64,000 bases of DNA from a virus. The stretch covers positions 120,944-184,943 of the IMG/VR virus record IMGVR_UViG_3300037264_006630; one strand, given 5' to 3'. The notes beneath the pieces were generated by a model, which searched no databases, was not told the DNA's origin, and saw only the letters and a list, made by a program, of their open reading frames with translations. Both the position numbers and the translations under genes were made by a program. Shown in pieces: positions 1-9,109 of the stretch (position 1 is its first letter; each line of letters starts with the position of its first letter).

Positions 1-9
1 CGCATCCAG

Positions 10-300
10 ATGTTCTGCGCGATCGACGACCTGCCGCCGGTCTGGAAGGTCGCGGTGGAGCGGATGAAAGCGGCCGGCGAGCTGCGCACCGTGAACCTCA
101 AGACGAGCGACCCGAACAAGCCCAAGCCCGGCATCCGGGTGGGTGAGGCGTACGCCTGCCATTCCTGCAAGCGCGAGCTCGAGATCGCGGCGGCCAGGGC
201 GCCGAGCTTCTACGTGGTGGCGATCGATCGGCAGGAGCAGACGGCGGGCGCGCAGGTCCAGGGCGGGCTGATCCTGCTCCCCTCCCACGCCGGGGGGTGA
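10..300 (+). CDS. hypothetical phage protein (CxxC), head module
   Basis: 96 aa, GC3-rich codons, stops 3 nt before the next gene; the true start may lie upstream of the window. Confidence 0.6.
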   Translation: MFCAIDDLPPVWKVAVERMKAAGELRTVNLKTSDPNKPKPGIRVGEAYACHSCKRELEIAAARAPSFYVVAIDRQEQTAGAQVQGGLILLPSHAGG

Positions 301-303
301 GGC

Positions 304-1752
304 GTGGACCTCAAGCGCTACCTCGCGATCCTCCGCGAGCAACGGCACCGGCTGGAGGTGATGGCGAGGGTCCAGGGGGTGGTGCCGCTCCGGGGGGTCT
401 ACGACGCGCTGCTCGCCACCATCGCCAAGGGGTCAGGCGGCGGGAAGATGGACCGAGGCCAGCAGATTGAGATCATGCAGCGCGCGCGGCAGGCGATGTC
501 GCGGTTCGTCCGCTCCGGCGCCGACGTGCTCAACATCGCCGCGGCCCACGTCGTCACCGCCACCGCCGGGCAGGCGTTCGGCGTGATGTCGGCGCTCGAG
601 CGGGACCGGACAGGACGACCGCTGATCATGTCCGACCGTGCCCGCGACGCGATCGCGTCGGCAGGGCCCAAGCCCGGAACGCTCATCGGCGCGCACCAGC
701 GCAGCCTCGCCAGGTACGGCGCCCACGTCGTCACCCGGATCGACGAGCAGGTGAGTGCCGGGCTGGCGCTGGGGGAGACGCACACCGAGGTCATCGACCG
801 GGTGATGGGAGCAGCCGACCTCGAGTGGTACCAGGCCGACCGCATCGCGCGCACCGAGCTTTCCTACGCCGGCAACAGCGCGGCGCGCGCGGCGATCGGC
901 AAGGAGCACGAGATCCTGGGCGATGTGTACTCGCAGTGGACCGAGAACGCCGACGAGGACGGGCGACCGCTGGACGACATCGTGTGCGTCGACTCGCTGG
1001 CGCTGCACGGTCAGATCGCCGGGCCCGGTCAACTCTTCGTCATGCCGCCTACCTCGGTCTACCCGGACGCTCGTGGGCGCACCGAGGTCCCCCTCAAGAT
1101 GATCGGCATGACCTGGGCCCATCCGCCAAACCGTCCGAACGACCGCTCCGTGATCGGACCCTGGCGTCCGCATTGGGCGACCCCAGGTTGGCGCTGGGAG
1201 GAAGAGGCCCGCATCGACAAGCGGAAGTCGCTCGAGGATGCCGAGCCGGGACAGGAAGAGCCGGCGAGCGAAGAAGACCTGGCCGCCGCGCGCCGGGTGC
1301 AGGTGCAGTCGGCCAAGGCGTTGGCGCAGACCCAGGGCGAGGCACCGCGTGGACTCAGTGGGCGTCCGCGCCAGCCGCCGGACGCTCCGGCTGTCCCGGG
1401 CGCCGCGCCGCGCCGCGCATCGGTCGCGGCTCCAGTCGTCGCTCCGCCCGGCGGCGGACGATCGGCTCCTCCGGCCCGGACGATTCCCGCTGCCACGCCA
1501 GGTGCGCGGCCTACGCTGCTCCCGGCGCCGACCATCGCCGAAGGTCGCGCCCGCGCCTTGGAGTCGACGGGCACGCCGCAACAGCGCGCGCAGGAGTTCC
1601 TCCTGGATCGCGCCAAGCGGCGAGACTCCGCAGACGAGGCAATGCGGACGATCGACAAGATCGTGGCAGACGCGGCCTCTGCCGCCGCCAAGGATATGCC
1701 ACCTCCGAAGCCATCACGGCCGCATCCCAAGCCGCCCAAGAAGGGCAAGTAG
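304..1752 (+). CDS. phage head morphogenesis protein (Mu gpF/SPP1 gp7-like) with Pro/Ala/Lys-rich C-terminal tail
   Basis: ADRIARTELSYA motif and HPPNRPNDRS (HPNCRC-like) motif; lies just upstream of scaffold and capsid genes. Confidence 0.75.
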   Translation: MDLKRYLAILREQRHRLEVMARVQGVVPLRGVYDALLATIAKGSGGGKMDRGQQIEIMQRARQAMSRFVRSGADVLNIAAAHVVTATAGQAFGVMSALERDRTGRPLIMSDRARDAIASAGPKPGTLIGAHQRSLARYGAHVVTRIDEQVSAGLALGETHTEVIDRVMGAADLEWYQADRIARTELSYAGNSAARAAIGKEHEILGDVYSQWTENADEDGRPLDDIVCVDSLALHGQIAGPGQLFVMPPTSVYPDARGRTEVPLKMIGMTWAHPPNRPNDRSVIGPWRPHWATPGWRWEEEARIDKRKSLEDAEPGQEEPASEEDLAAARRVQVQSAKALAQTQGEAPRGLSGRPRQPPDAPAVPGAAPRRASVAAPVVAPPGGGRSAPPARTIPAATPGARPTLLPAPTIAEGRARALESTGTPQQRAQEFLLDRAKRRDSADEAMRTIDKIVADAASAAAKDMPPPKPSRPHPKPPKKGK

Positions 1753-1770
1753 ACCACGCTCCGCACACTT

Positions 1771-1804
1771 GACCTTGCGCGCGCTTCTGCGCGCTCGGCA
1801 TCCT
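1771..1804 (+). promoter_or_regulatory. putative late promoter, copy 1
   Basis: GACCTTGCGCGCG-N6-CGCGCTCG-GCATCCT; TTGCGC-18 nt-CATCCT; near-identical to 4331-4364; AGGAGG RBS at 1817. Confidence 0.55.
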
Positions 1805-1831
1805 CCGGCGCAAGTAGGAGGATTGCCACCC

Positions 1832-2179
1832 ATGTTCCCCGCCGCATCGCCCATCGCGAGCCCCCTGATCGGGGGTGACCCCGCCGTCACTCCGGTCGCA
1901 GCCCCCCTGCCCGAGCCCGCCGCCGCCTGGTCGGAGGCCGCCGCGCAGGCGGTGAAGGACCACGCCGCCCTCATCGCGTCGGTCACCTCCGCGCTCGAGA
2001 ACGCCGAGGAGAGCGACTTCTGCGAGAAGCCCGACGAGGATCTCATGAAGGCCGCGCTCGTCACCCTCACCGGCATGACCGCCGATCTGGCCAAGGTCGT
2101 CGAGGCAGCGAAGGTCGCCGTCGAGGACGAAGCCGAGGCCGCCGAGCAGGCTGCCGCGGAAGCCGCTCCCCCGGGCTGA
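1832..2179 (+). CDS. acidic hypothetical protein
   Basis: ATG 1832 after AGGAGG; the 3' part of track ORF 1238..2179 has genuine codon bias. Confidence 0.7.
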   Translation: MFPAASPIASPLIGGDPAVTPVAAPLPEPAAAWSEAAAQAVKDHAALIASVTSALENAEESDFCEKPDEDLMKAALVTLTGMTADLAKVVEAAKVAVEDEAEAAEQAAAEAAPPG

Positions 2180-2181
2180 CC

Positions 2182-2565
2182 ATGGCCGACCTCGCCGACA
2201 TCGCGCTTTGCGTCACCGCCGCTCGAGCCGTCACCTCGACGAGCCTGAGCGGTAGTCATGCGAAGTACGAGGCCACCGAGGCGTTCGACCGCATCGAGAC
2301 GCGCACCATCGACCTCGAAACCGACAGCCCCGAGAGCGTGGCCTTCGGTGATCTTCCGTCGGCGGCGCTCGTCATGCTCCAGTCTCCCGGGGGCAAGGTT
2401 CGCGCCCGCCTGACCTCGGCCGATGGGACCTTGCAGTCGGTCCCCGTCGACCCGGTGGCGTTCATCCTCTCCCTCACCGTCCCCATCACCGCCATCGACC
2501 TGACCCGGGTTGCCGGGTCTCCCACCGTCCGTGTCAGCGCCACCCTCGGCGCGCCAACTGTCTGA
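2182..2565 (+). CDS. hypothetical virion protein (beta-rich, possible head decoration)
   Basis: tight operon packing, good codon bias. Confidence 0.6.
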   Translation: MADLADIALCVTAARAVTSTSLSGSHAKYEATEAFDRIETRTIDLETDSPESVAFGDLPSAALVMLQSPGGKVRARLTSADGTLQSVPVDPVAFILSLTVPITAIDLTRVAGSPTVRVSATLGAPTV

Positions 2566-2583
2566 CCTCACAGGAGCCCCGCC

Positions 2584-3027
2584 ATGCCGACCGAGTTCAC
2601 CGTCACGTCCGCCCTCGAGCAGCTCAACCCCAACTACCTCGCGGACGCGCTCCGCAGGCTCCACATCGGGCTCCGCGAGGCCGGCGTCAAGGTGGCGGTC
2701 GCCGCCAGCGTGCAGACCCCGGCGGTCGGCCGCGGCACGATCGAGAGCCCCAAGGTCACCGTGGCCACCGTCGTGGCGACCTTCGACCCGCCGATCGCGG
2801 CGGTGAAGGCGCTGCGCGTCACCTCGGGCGCGGCGACCGGCGGTCGCATCCTGCTCGATGCCGCCGGCACCGCCGCGCAGATCGGCACCTCCGGCGTGTA
2901 CGCGGCCGTCATCTCCGACGACGGCTCGACGATCACGTTCGAGGCCACCATCACCGGCTTCGTGATCTCGTACATCCCGCGCCTGTCGGCGGCCGACCTC
3001 GCCGCCAAGTTCTACCCCCTGACCTGA
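2584..3027 (+). CDS. hypothetical virion protein (possible head decoration)
   Basis: AGGAG RBS, beta-strand-rich sequence, located before the scaffold gene. Confidence 0.6.
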   Translation: MPTEFTVTSALEQLNPNYLADALRRLHIGLREAGVKVAVAASVQTPAVGRGTIESPKVTVATVVATFDPPIAAVKALRVTSGAATGGRILLDAAGTAAQIGTSGVYAAVISDDGSTITFEATITGFVISYIPRLSAADLAAKFYPLT

Positions 3028-3190
3028 TCGCTTCGGCGACTGGTCAGCGGTTCGACGCCGCACTCACCCCGAACACGTCAACCCTTCACCCCTGAACCGT
3101 CCGCTTCACCCACAGTCGTCTCGCTGTCTACGCTCACGCGAACAACGGCGGAACAATCAGTTGGAAGAAACGGGACCCTGAAAGGCAAGC

Positions 3191-4327
3191 ATGACGGTCG
3201 CAGCCAACGCCACGGACCCTCCAGCCCAGCCTGCCCCGCCGCCACCGGCGAGTGCGGCCACGGCCGATCCCCCATCGCCAGTGGCCGCGCCCATCCCGCC
3301 CGAGAGCCAGCCCCAGGTCGTCTTCGAGGTCCCGCCCGTCTCGCCGGTTGTCCCGGCAGTCGTGGTGGCGCCCGCGCCGACCGAGGTGACGCCACCGCCC
3401 CAAGTCGTCCCGCCTCCCACGCCATCGCCCGAGTCGCCCCCGGTCACTGCGGTTCCCGCCGCTCCCGATCCGGATCTCGACGAAGACGACGTGAAGGAGG
3501 GCGCGGTCGCCAAGGGCGATGTCCTGACCGTCCCCCGCAAGTCGTTCAACGGACGCATGTCGCGCGAGCGCCGCAAGGGACGCGAGGCCGCCGAAGAGAA
3601 GCTCCTCCAGCCAGTGCTGGCCGCGGGGTTCACCTCCTTCGCCGACGTTCTCGAGCACGCCACGAAGTACAAGCAGCAACAGGCCAAGGCCAAGGAGATC
3701 CCCGTGACCGTTCCCGCAGTCGTTCCCATCCCCGATCCCGCGGCCATCGCCGCGACCACCCAGCCGCCGGGCACGCCGCCGCCCCTGATCGCGCCCCCCC
3801 CGAGCGGTCAGCCGCCGGGCGACGGTCGCACCCTGTCGGCCGAGGAGCGCAAGAGCCAGCGGATGGCGCGCCAGCAGGCGGCGCAGGCCGAGGCCGATCG
3901 CAAGGCCGCGGTCGAGCGGTCCAACGCCGAAGTCGCCGCGGCCAAGGCCGAGACGGACCGCATCAAGGCGCGGACCACGATCGGCTACAAGCTGGCCGCC
4001 GAGCGCCCGGTCGACATCGAGTTCGCGCTCGCGCGCTACGACACCCACGTCGCCACCCTGGACGACGCCGGCAAGGCGGCGCTCGCCACCACCGACGGCT
4101 GGAACAAGTGGATGGCCGACTTCAAGAAGGCCAACCCGTTCCTCTTCGCCTCGCCAGCGCCGACGCAGGTCCCGGCCACCACCGGCCCCGTCGTCATCCC
4201 GCCCCCGGCCCCCGGCCCCGCCGCGGTCGGCGCGGTCGCGGGCGACGGTGCCAAGATCGACGCGCGCACCATGACCCCGGCGGCGTACGCGCAGCTCAAG
4301 CAGCAACGCGGCCTGGCCGCACGCTGA
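3191..4327 (+). CDS. capsid scaffolding protein
   Basis: Pro-rich/acidic N-terminus, coiled coil (RMSRERRK, AQAEADRKAAVE), immediately upstream of the capsid gene. Confidence 0.7.
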   Translation: MTVAANATDPPAQPAPPPPASAATADPPSPVAAPIPPESQPQVVFEVPPVSPVVPAVVVAPAPTEVTPPPQVVPPPTPSPESPPVTAVPAAPDPDLDEDDVKEGAVAKGDVLTVPRKSFNGRMSRERRKGREAAEEKLLQPVLAAGFTSFADVLEHATKYKQQQAKAKEIPVTVPAVVPIPDPAAIAATTQPPGTPPPLIAPPPSGQPPGDGRTLSAEERKSQRMARQQAAQAEADRKAAVERSNAEVAAAKAETDRIKARTTIGYKLAAERPVDIEFALARYDTHVATLDDAGKAALATTDGWNKWMADFKKANPFLFASPAPTQVPATTGPVVIPPPAPGPAAVGAVAGDGAKIDARTMTPAAYAQLKQQRGLAAR

Positions 4328-4330
4328 CCC

Positions 4331-4364
4331 GACCTTGCGCGCGGTGATTTCGCGCTCGTAGCCT
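4331..4364 (+). promoter_or_regulatory. putative late promoter, copy 2 (capsid gene)
   Basis: GACCTTGCGCGCG-N7-CGCGCTCG-TAGCCT; TTGCGC-18 nt-TAGCCT. Confidence 0.6.
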
Positions 4365-4401
4365 TTCTCGCACCACCTCTCTTCACCTCCCGGAGAACCC
4401 C

Positions 4402-5829
4402 ATGAGCATCCTCGACACGCCGTACTACCGCTCGCTGGTGCAGGACAACCTGATCATCGCCGAGTTCCAGTTGGCCCTCTTCCCCCTCCTCCAGTTCCGG
4501 GACGAGGCGCTGCCCGAGGCGTGGGGCGAGAACACCGGCGACACCAAGATCTTCACCGCCAACGGCCTGCTCCCGACGCGGACCGCGCCGATCCGGCAGG
4601 GTGACGAGCCGCCCGTGGCCAACTACGGCCGCGAGCAGTGGGCGGTGACCCAGCAGGCGTACGGCACGTCGATCGACACCAACGTGCCGACCGCGACCCA
4701 GGCGGCGGTGAACCTGCTCCTCCAGGACATCAAGGAGCTCGGCCGGGCGGCGGGCCGTTCGATCAACCAGATCGCGCGCAACGTGATGTACAACGCGGCG
4801 CTCTCCGGCCACACCGTCTGCTACGGCGGCTCGGGCGGTTCGACGGTCACCATCCCGGTGCTCCGCCTGAACGGCCTCACCCGCGCCCGGCGCCCCGACC
4901 TCGCGGCCGGCTCGCCCGTCCGCTACGACACGGTGTCGGTGAGCAACCCGCTCCCGATCAGGTGGGGCGCGACCCTGTCCACCACCGCGCTCGTGGTCGG
5001 CTACACCCCGACCTTCACGGGCGACGAGATCGGGCCCGGCACCATCACGCTGGCCGTGGCGGCGTCCATCGCCGACCGCGACCCGATCGTGGCGGACACC
5101 GCGACCTGGATCCGGCGCTCCGGCGGCGGCAACTCGGTCGACTCGCTGTCGACCTCGGACCTGCTCACGTTCGCCGACCTGCGCGAGGCCCTGGCCCGCC
5201 TCGGCAACATGAACATCCCGCGCCACGCGGACGGCTACTACCACGGCCACTTCGACTCGATCTCGAGCAACCAGATCTTCTCGGACACCGAGTGGCGGCA
5301 GCTCACGGAGACCCGGGTCGACGGCATCCAGTACCAGGAGCACGCCATCGGGCAGAAGCTCAACACGGTCTGGTACAAGAACGAGGAGTCGCCGACCCCG
5401 TACACCGTCAACCTGCCCAACGGCCAGACCGACGGCACGGCCGGCGACCAGTTCCGCCCGACCGTGGACAACTTCGCGGGCGAGCTCTACTCGAACGGCG
5501 ACCCGGCCTCCGGTGTGGCGGTCCACCGCACCCTCATCACCGGCGGCGAGGGCCTCCGGGAGTACTACGTCGACCAGGACGCGTACATCACCGAGGCCGG
5601 CACCACCGGCAAGATCTCGGACTGCCCGCTGGTCACCGCGGGCGCGGTGCAGATGGCGACTACCAACGCGCACATCAAGCTCATCCAGCGCGCGCCGCTC
5701 GATCGCCGCCAGCAGACGGTGTCGAACACCTGGAGCTACGACGGCGCGTTCGTCGAGCGCACGGACGGCGCGTCGGGCGATGGTCGCTACTTCAAGCGCG
5801 TCGCCGTGGTCGAGCACGGTCGCCCCTGA
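4402..5829 (+). CDS. major capsid protein (HK97 fold, N4-gp56-like)
   Basis: NTGDTKIFT, EQWAVTQQAYGTSIDT and LTFADLREALARL..NIP..DGYYHG motifs; follows the scaffold gene. Confidence 0.8.
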   Translation: MSILDTPYYRSLVQDNLIIAEFQLALFPLLQFRDEALPEAWGENTGDTKIFTANGLLPTRTAPIRQGDEPPVANYGREQWAVTQQAYGTSIDTNVPTATQAAVNLLLQDIKELGRAAGRSINQIARNVMYNAALSGHTVCYGGSGGSTVTIPVLRLNGLTRARRPDLAAGSPVRYDTVSVSNPLPIRWGATLSTTALVVGYTPTFTGDEIGPGTITLAVAASIADRDPIVADTATWIRRSGGGNSVDSLSTSDLLTFADLREALARLGNMNIPRHADGYYHGHFDSISSNQIFSDTEWRQLTETRVDGIQYQEHAIGQKLNTVWYKNEESPTPYTVNLPNGQTDGTAGDQFRPTVDNFAGELYSNGDPASGVAVHRTLITGGEGLREYYVDQDAYITEAGTTGKISDCPLVTAGAVQMATTNAHIKLIQRAPLDRRQQTVSNTWSYDGAFVERTDGASGDGRYFKRVAVVEHGRP

Positions 5830-5860
5830 TCGCTGACCGCTGAGTCCGGTCGACCTGGAG

Positions 5861-5911
5861 AACATCCCGGGGAGTGGGTCGCACCGAGTCCCATCCACCC
5901 CGGGATGTTTT
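5861..5911 (+). terminator. hairpin/intrinsic terminator after capsid gene
   Basis: perfect 12-bp IR AACATCCCGGGG/CCCCGGGATGTT ending in a TTTT run. Confidence 0.6.
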
Positions 5912-5927
5912 GCGTCCAGAGGTCCCC

Positions 5928-6830
5928 ATGGTCCACGATCCGATCTTCTCCCCCGGCGCTCTCCCCGTCTCGACGGCGCTCACCGGCGACCCCAGCGTGG
6001 ACGCCATCCACACCGCGACCGAGAACGCGCGTCTCGCCGAGATGATGGCAGCGGCCCGCATCTTCGCGACGTCCGACATGGTGATCGCGTCGCCGTACGG
6101 CATGATGTCGCCGGGCGCGCTGCGCACGCTGGTCGAGAGCGTCGGGTTCCGGCACCAATCCTACGACGACCTCGAGCTCCGGCGGCTCATGGTGTACGTC
6201 GATGCTCGCCAGGTCCAGGCGGGCAAGCGGCCGTACGCGATCAAGGAGACCCAGCGCCAGTCCCACGCCGCGCCGGCGGCGCCGGTGAGGATCCCGCAGC
6301 TCCCGCGGTCGGCCTCGAACGAGTGGGAGGTGACCGAGCTCCACAACCGGGTGTGCATCCCGGGCGGGGTCTACACCTGGCGCAAGGGTCTCATCGTCAA
6401 GCTCGCCGAGCTCGGCGAGGTCACCCTGCGCTCGGTCGTCGAGCAGGGCGTGAAGCTCAAGGCGTACCCCGAGGAGATGCCGCGGCGCACCTGTTCGACC
6501 TGCGACACGAGCTGGCCGGCGGACCTGCCGAACGGCGCCTCCTGCCCGATGTGCTTCCTCAACGAGCGCGGCGAGGACACGCGGCTCCGCGCTGTGGCCG
6601 AGCGCCTGGAAGCGATGGTCGGCTGGGCGCTCGCCGTGGGCGCGCCGCCGCTGGACGGCGACGGGACGTGGAGCGGTCAGCCGACCCCGGACCCCGGCAA
6701 GCTCGAGGTTCCCAAGACGATCGCGGCCCCGGTCGTGGAGTCGGTGGCCGACCCGCTGGCGGCCACGACCGAAGGTGCCGCCGAGTCGGAGCCGGTCGGC
6801 GGCAAGAAGCGCGCGAAGAAGGACGGCTGA
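5928..6830 (+). CDS. hypothetical protein with CxxC...CxxC zinc ribbon
   Basis: CSTC-x14-CPMC; ATG 5928 after GAGG. Confidence 0.65.
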   Translation: MVHDPIFSPGALPVSTALTGDPSVDAIHTATENARLAEMMAAARIFATSDMVIASPYGMMSPGALRTLVESVGFRHQSYDDLELRRLMVYVDARQVQAGKRPYAIKETQRQSHAAPAAPVRIPQLPRSASNEWEVTELHNRVCIPGGVYTWRKGLIVKLAELGEVTLRSVVEQGVKLKAYPEEMPRRTCSTCDTSWPADLPNGASCPMCFLNERGEDTRLRAVAERLEAMVGWALAVGAPPLDGDGTWSGQPTPDPGKLEVPKTIAAPVVESVADPLAATTEGAAESEPVGGKKRAKKDG

Positions 6831-6833
6831 TCC

Positions 6834-7238
6834 GTGGCGGCGCTCTCGGCTGCGGACAAGGCCCGGGTGCGCTATCACCTGGGATACCAGGCCGCCATGC
6901 CGGGCATGGGGTTCACGTTCGGCGTGCCGATCCTGTCGGCGCCGCACTACATCTTCGAGAGCGCGGTCCAGCACCTCATCGCCGAGAACGTGCCACAGGT
7001 CATCCGGCTGCTCGACACTCTCGACTGCATCGAACAGAAGATGATGGCGAGCGCGACTGCCGGGTATCCTGCGATCCGAGCCGAGGACGTGGAGCCAAAC
7101 CTCGACGAGGGCGAGACGATGGAGCGCGAGTACGTGCGCTGGGCGAACCGTCTGGCCGACATCTTGGGCTGCCCGCTCTCGCCGTGGGCCGAGCGGTTCA
7201 AGCGATCCTCCAGCATCGGCAACGTCCGCGTCCGGTGA
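6834..7238 (+). CDS. head-tail adaptor / head completion protein
   Basis: size and position after the capsid gene; KARVRYHLGY motif. Confidence 0.55.
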   Translation: MAALSAADKARVRYHLGYQAAMPGMGFTFGVPILSAPHYIFESAVQHLIAENVPQVIRLLDTLDCIEQKMMASATAGYPAIRAEDVEPNLDEGETMEREYVRWANRLADILGCPLSPWAERFKRSSSIGNVRVR

Positions 7239-7242
7239 ACCC

Positions 7243-7785
7243 ATGACCCAGCCCTGCCAGTGCGCCGCTCTCTGCCTGTGCCCGGCGCGCTTCCGGGCCG
7301 CGGGCGACATCAACTGCCGGCTGTCGGCGGTGATGGACCGCGCCCGCGATGTGGCAGCGCAGCTCGGCCTGCGGCCCTACCGGGTGTCGTTCGTCCACGT
7401 TCGGTGGACCGGCCGCGTGCGGGGTGACGGCTCCGAGGAGGTGGTCACCCAGCGGGACATCCTGCCGGCGCCCAAGGTCTCCGACCTGTCCGGCCTGACG
7501 CGCGAGCTCACGCCGTCCCAGATCGACGAGGCCGGGACCCTCCTGCTCACCAAGATCAGCGCGGCCTACACCGAGGATCAGATCCTCTGCCGCCCGGCGT
7601 CCGGCAAGCCGCTCCCGCCGAACGAGGCCATCTACTACGAGATCCAACTCGGCACCGGCGGCGAGCGGCGGCGCATGGTGCCCGTGGGCGGCGGCGCCCC
7701 GACCCTCAAGGCGGTGGAGGGATGGACGATCGCGGTCACGCTGCAAGCTGGTGCGCGCGGTCGCAGCGGCGCGAACCGGCCGTGA
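7243..7785 (+). CDS. putative head closure/neck protein
   Basis: synteny; coupled to the next gene by GTGA overlap. Confidence 0.5.
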   Translation: MTQPCQCAALCLCPARFRAAGDINCRLSAVMDRARDVAAQLGLRPYRVSFVHVRWTGRVRGDGSEEVVTQRDILPAPKVSDLSGLTRELTPSQIDEAGTLLLTKISAAYTEDQILCRPASGKPLPPNEAIYYEIQLGTGGERRRMVPVGGGAPTLKAVEGWTIAVTLQAGARGRSGANRP

Positions 7786-8300
7786 CCGTCCAGCGGTTCA
7801 CGGTCGAGCAGTGGGTGGGCTACCACACCCACCTCGGCGAGCGGATGCACCGGGCGGCGGTCCGCGGGTTGGCCAACGCGTCGGTGAAGATCATCGCGCT
7901 CCTGGTCGAGCGCACGCGCGCGGCCGACCCGGCCAGTCCAGGTGGAGCGTTCGGGGCGACCGACACCAACACCTTCCTGCGGGCCTGGCACGTCGTCCCC
8001 GACGGCATGGGCCTGCGCATCTACAACTCCATGCCCTACGCGGGCGTGATCGAGTACGGGCGGCGGCCGGGCAGCAAGCAGCCGCCCAAGGAGCCGATCG
8101 AGCGGTGGCTCATGAGCCGCGGCGGCATGACGGCGAGCAAGGCCAGGGCGACGGCGTGGGTGGTCGCGCGCGCCATCGGCATCCGTGGTCTCCGAGGGAG
8201 GCACATCTTGACCGCGCCGGAGGCAACCGCGCAGATTGTCGACATTGTGGAGACCTCGATCAACGACGAGATCGCGCGTGAAATCGGCAGGCCAAGGTGA
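7782..8300 (+). CDS. HK97 gp10-like neck/morphogenesis protein
   Basis: IYNSMPYAGVIEYGRRPG motif; GTG overlaps the previous TGA. Confidence 0.7.
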   Translation: MTVQRFTVEQWVGYHTHLGERMHRAAVRGLANASVKIIALLVERTRAADPASPGGAFGATDTNTFLRAWHVVPDGMGLRIYNSMPYAGVIEYGRRPGSKQPPKEPIERWLMSRGGMTASKARATAWVVARAIGIRGLRGRHILTAPEATAQIVDIVETSINDEIAREIGRPR

Positions 8301-9082
8301 GCGTCGACTGCGACACCGACGCGGAAGACCGCGTCCCGGTGGATGCCGGGCTCGGCCTGGACCCGACGCCGGAAGAGGTCACCACTTGGCTGGTGGATCC
8401 GGAGAGCGATGAGCCGGGCGCCGAGTGGTCGCTGCGGTGCGACAACTCGGTCCACGGCGCGGTGGTGCGCGGGCTGGTCCAGTACGTCTGGACCGTCGGG
8501 AGCCGTGCGCTGGGCCGCATCCTGCGCTTCAACCGGGTGATGGGTGAGCACGCCGACACCGGCGACGAGCGCGTGGACTACCCGGTCGCGGTCGTGATGG
8601 GCGAGCAGGGCGAAGGCCGGTACGCCTCGCCAGCGCGCAACCCAACCATCGTCACTGCCGCTTCCCCGGCGCAACGCGCCATGACCTCGCCGGGGATCGT
8701 CGCCAACCCGCGGCAACCGGTACGGTTCACCGAGCCCGGATCAGGCGACATCCTGGGGCTGTCCTGGGCCTCGGTCTACACCTTCGAGCAGCTCCTGGTG
8801 AGCATCACCTGCGGCTCGAAGCCCGAGCGCGACGCGATGGCCAAGGCCATGGAGGACGCCAGCAATCCGCACGTCTCGTCCGGCGGCGTCCATCTGCGGC
8901 TGGGGCACTACTACGGCGCGGTGGCCGTCTACACCCTCCAGTCCCAGGTCCGTCCCGACTCGCCAGCCGACGCTGCTTCCGACGCCTGGGTGGCGACCTT
9001 TCGCTACCGCGTCGAGTGCCCGACTATCCGCGCACACCGCATCGCCAGCGCCGATCCGCGCGCGCAGGTCTCCGTCACCTGA
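8297..9082 (+). CDS. putative tail terminator/completion protein
   Basis: directly precedes the sheath gene; GTGA coupling. Confidence 0.5.
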   Translation: MSVDCDTDAEDRVPVDAGLGLDPTPEEVTTWLVDPESDEPGAEWSLRCDNSVHGAVVRGLVQYVWTVGSRALGRILRFNRVMGEHADTGDERVDYPVAVVMGEQGEGRYASPARNPTIVTAASPAQRAMTSPGIVANPRQPVRFTEPGSGDILGLSWASVYTFEQLLVSITCGSKPERDAMAKAMEDASNPHVSSGGVHLRLGHYYGAVAVYTLQSQVRPDSPADAASDAWVATFRYRVECPTIRAHRIASADPRAQVSVT

Positions 9083-9109
9083 TCCTCGATCTCCTCCAAG
9101 GAGCCCCTC

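Noticed and set aside
3045-3190. tRNA fragment or hammerhead ribozyme (GGTTCGAC; GAAAC..CTGA)
   Set aside because: No acceptor, D or anticodon arms; the hammerhead core CUGANGA is not matched.
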